NCBI RefSeq assembly: GCF_964204645.1
Contig: NC_134029.1
Coordinates: 4,960,001-5,024,000 of the forward strand
DNA: 64,000 nt
Direction: 5' to 3'
DNA from: Tubulanus polymorphus
Taxonomy: Eukaryota > Animalia > Nemertea
The position numbers were made by a program, and so were the translations under genes. Positions 60,332-64,000 of this stretch are shown in pieces. How positions within the stretch are numbered: the first letter of the stretch is position 1; every line of letters starts with the position of its first letter. The notes under the pieces were generated by a model that did not search any database, was not told the origin of the DNA, and saw only the letters and a list, made by a program, of their open reading frames with translations.

Positions 60332-60561
60332 ATAAGATAAAAACCCACTATCTACAGATTAAAAGAATTTAAAAACAAGAATTTATTTATTCGAACAATC
60401 TAAAATATATAGAAAACATGACGTTTCGATCTCAGACACCTGACGATGATCTCTAGGGTGAGATCTAAACGTCGTGTATTCTATATATTTTAGATTGTTC
60501 GAATAAATAAATTCTTGTTTTTAAATTCTTTTTATCTGTAGATAGTGGGTTTTTATCTTAT
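60332..60561. mobile_element. Penelope-like palindrome with a hammerhead core
   Basis: About 100-bp near-perfect inverted arms (ATAAGATAAAAACCCACTATCTACAGAT...). The centre 60436-60477 reads ACAC-CTGACGA-T-GATCTC(tagggt)GAGATC-TAAAC-GTC-GTGT, and the opposite arm retains GAGATC-GAAAC-GTC. Confidence 0.78.
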
Positions 60562-63500
60562 GAAAACATAGTTTATGGGATACAGCAACCGGGTAAACTA
60601 TATTTCCAGTAACGCAGGAGTACGGCGAGCTACGCCTTGCAGGCCAAGTTACAAATTCTCCCGTGTCGTAATCTCTTTTTAATCCATCATCAATTCAATC
60701 ACGCGAGTTTATCCGGCAGCAAACATCGCGCGCCGCGACGATTGCGTTTTCCGGCGCGCAAAAACGAGCACGATGTTTTGCGTGCCAATGAAATTATACT
60801 ACGCAAATATTTGAACGACGTCGCGCCAACAAGCCTGAACAAACACGATACCGGGCTCGAGTCGGTTCCTGGCGTATTCCGAATCGCGATTCGTCGGGGC
60901 GCCGCCGACGAATCCATTCGATTCCGGAATTCTAAATTCGCCCATTATCCCGAGCAAACAAGAACGGGAGTTCATCGAGTGAATCTGCGTTGAATAATCT
61001 TTTCGCATTTTCGACGGTGGTCAGGCCGTTTAATTAAAAGATTGTTGGCGAATCTATATCCGCCGGGGGTATGTTTACAAATGCGCAGTTTGCGTGAACG
61101 GTAATCTGCATAATTTAATGAATACAGAGAGATATGATTTAGGGCATCATAGAGAATCTATTAACGCCGTTCAAACGCGCGCGGGTACCGACGAATTTCA
61201 CGGATGCTAGCAGATCGCAATTTCAGACATCCTGTTCGTCGGATACTTACTACCTAACGCCTTGCGCGAAACAGAACAGAAATGATTTTCAGGCTGATTA
61301 CATGATTGTGAGTTGCTCCGAAACACGAAACATAGCGAATCGAAATGATGTGACACCGGAAACTTAATGAAACAAGCGGATCATCTCTTTTGATTTTTGT
61401 GTGCAATAAACAAGAAACATGGAAACAAAGAACTGCCTTTTCGATAGCATGTGGCCCATATGTATAGTTACATGAACTATTTTTCTCATCGCTAGGAAGC
61501 AATGTAGGTTTCTTAAGGTGTTTCTTGTTTCATCGCACATGAAATTATGTTTCATGTTTCCAGTTGCAAGTTTATTTCTGGCTGTGCGCATAAGGCCTTA
61601 GGAAGAAATTAGTCAGGATAGTGCCACAGTTAGGAGTTAACTCATTCTAACTCAAAAGAGTTTATAAGCTTCCACTTTCAGCAGGTCTTCCTTTCCCTTT
61701 CAGGACCAGTACGAACTGTTAGTTAACTTTTAACCTCCAACAATGGAACTAGGTCCAGATTATCTATGGTTGACTGATACTGACAGGATCTGGATGTAAC
61801 CAGTGATTGTGATGGGTACCCGCGCGGCGAGCGCGTCCTCAGGTAGAACCGTTTTATACGCACGTAATCCTTTAACACAATATACGCATTAATACCTGCA
61901 CGCATATTAACTTGGTTGCCATGGCGACAAAGAATGCGCATCAATGTCATTAGAAGTGCAAGTTTTAAGTGTCGATATCGACAAAATACATAATAGACAT
62001 TGTACACAACATCGACAAGAGGAGAGAGAAAGGGAAGGAGAGATCGGTGGAATAGGTTTTCACACTCAATCCTCTTGCCAATTCGCGAAACTTGACTACT
62101 CTTTAAAACGCGAGCGCGTGTATTAATGAGGTGTAGTCTCGGGGAAACTGAATCCGACTTAGACGTCGATATACACAAATCGACTTCGCCGCGCGAGAGT
62201 GGTTTCATTCACCGAAGACACGTTCGTTTGCAACCGAAACGAGAGAGACGCCTTTCAACTGTTGTAACTCATTGAGACTAAAACTTCTCTTGTAGTGTTT
62301 CGAGTACAATTGACTGATCTATAATATTACACACACACATGTATCAGTACAGGGGCTGTTTACTTTTTACCGATCTTTTCATCGGGCAATCCCGTTTTTT
62401 ACTGGCGTTCACAGCTACAATGCCCAAATTCTGTATCGGTTAACTCAGCTGGCAGCTGTTATAATCTCATGGCACCTACCAGGGTTCAGGCTAATTGTAA
62501 GTTAGTTCTTCTTATTTGGCCAGCACCTGGAATGGATCTATTCCGAACTGGCCAAATCAATGCGGTGAATTCACAGCTCGTATGACTGGTCCAGCTTGAT
62601 GTAACACTGATTGACAGGCAATTCATCGAAGCTAAGTTTCTATTAGCATAGAGAATCACAGTCTGTTCTAAAATCTAGATTCGAATTTAGGACTAAATTT
62701 TAGAAGATTCTGAATAACACAGTGCGAACGTGGCTTACGACTTTGAAATCGGAAATCAGAGTACGAATCTTTCATTTTAAGCGCAGTTCATGTTATCGAA
62801 GTGTTTTGCGAATGATCATACAGATATCGTGATCTGTTTAGGGGGTATCATCTAGGGTAATCCTGTGTATTGATTAAGACAAGGCTGAATTTCAAAGCAA
62901 GTATTACTAAGAGTTTACAAGTTTATCACCTAGATATAAAAAAACTGGCCTGATTGAAGATACGTATCTAAATGGATCAATTTAGATCCATTTAAAATTG
63001 ATCCGTAGCCAAAGGCTATTTTAAGATATTCCAAACTTTAACACTCTTCTTGTCAAGACCGAAAAAAAAATATATGCGAGGTTTGAAAAATGTACACAGA
63101 GTACTTATAAAAGTGACAGACAAGCAACGTGAGTAGTCAAGAGTATAGCCGCGCTAGTTCATACCATTCAAAAATGCTATTATATTCCAAATTATGGATG
63201 CAGAGTGAATTTCTAGTACAAGTGAGCTTGACATTTCATACGAGACTGAAGTGCTCTCGACTAAAACAGGCAATTCAATAAGCTATTCAAATGTGTTACA
63301 CATTGGATAACACTTGTTGTCAAAAGAGAGCTCGATATATTGAAACGAGAAACTCCCTCGCCGCAGTTGACCTAGATGGCACCACGAGCTGATGGGACCG
63401 TTTAAAGAGAGGACGCTGGCCTGTGTTGAAGAAAAAACCCAGCCGTTCATAAATTAGCTTATTTTCGTCGGTCGACGTGTCAATCAAAGAACAGCTTCAT

Positions 63501-64000
63501 CCAATCATGTTTTGCATCGTAGAAAACCACCGGGTTCGCGGTGCTTCAATCCGGTAAACTCCCGGCGTATAGCGTAGATAGACAGCGCGTAGACCACTGC
63601 GCGCGGCACGCACAGGTAAAATGAAGCATTCTACCTGCCCTGCATCGTTCATTCAATCAATACATAAACCCTGCAAGGCAGATTAGATTCATAGTTAAGC
63701 GAACAATACAACAGAAAATCCCTAAAGCCAGCCAGACATGTAAATGTTCTTTCTTAGTAAATTGCATGTCCCCTGGCGATTCTAATTCGAAACATCCGAG
63801 CTCTCTCTCTCTCTCCAGCATTCTGCAGTAGGTGAGCAAAATCAACACAGATAGATACAACGCATGATTCGAATTCAAATCGTTTAGTTCCAACTACATT
63901 TCCATCAACTGGGCAAACAAGATTTCACCGGTGAGACGCGCCAGCACGAGTAGATCGGACACGGGTTCGATCTGTCGAGACGAACTGCCCTAAACAGATA

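Overview
Intron-rich animal DNA, probably from an invertebrate bilaterian; the species cannot be fixed from sequence alone. Three spliced genes were reconstructed by hand from GT-AG junctions and reading-frame continuity. (1) The 5' part of AIMP1/p43 on the minus strand, running off the left edge. (2) A complete 18-exon CWF19L2 on the plus strand (2384-9540, about 862 aa), head-to-head with AIMP1. (3) A complete 21-coding-exon Groucho/TLE co-repressor on the minus strand (46411-11685, about 744 aa), tail-to-tail with CWF19L2. The remaining ~17 kb upstream of groucho has no recognisable exons and holds MITEs, simple repeats and transcription-factor motifs. Most ORF-track entries are spurious or partial exons. 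The most notable observations are: three unrelated Penelope-type palindromes carrying minimal hammerhead-ribozyme cores, one inserted with a 12-bp duplication that copies the CWF19L2 exon-1 splice donor and itself interrupted by a MITE with a tRNA-like segment; a five-copy foldback element whose inverted arms are outward-facing tRNA-like (A/B box) units; a frame-essential 14-nt groucho microexon whose skipping would give an AES-like Q+GP-only protein; and a candidate in-frame N-terminal extension exon for AIMP1.
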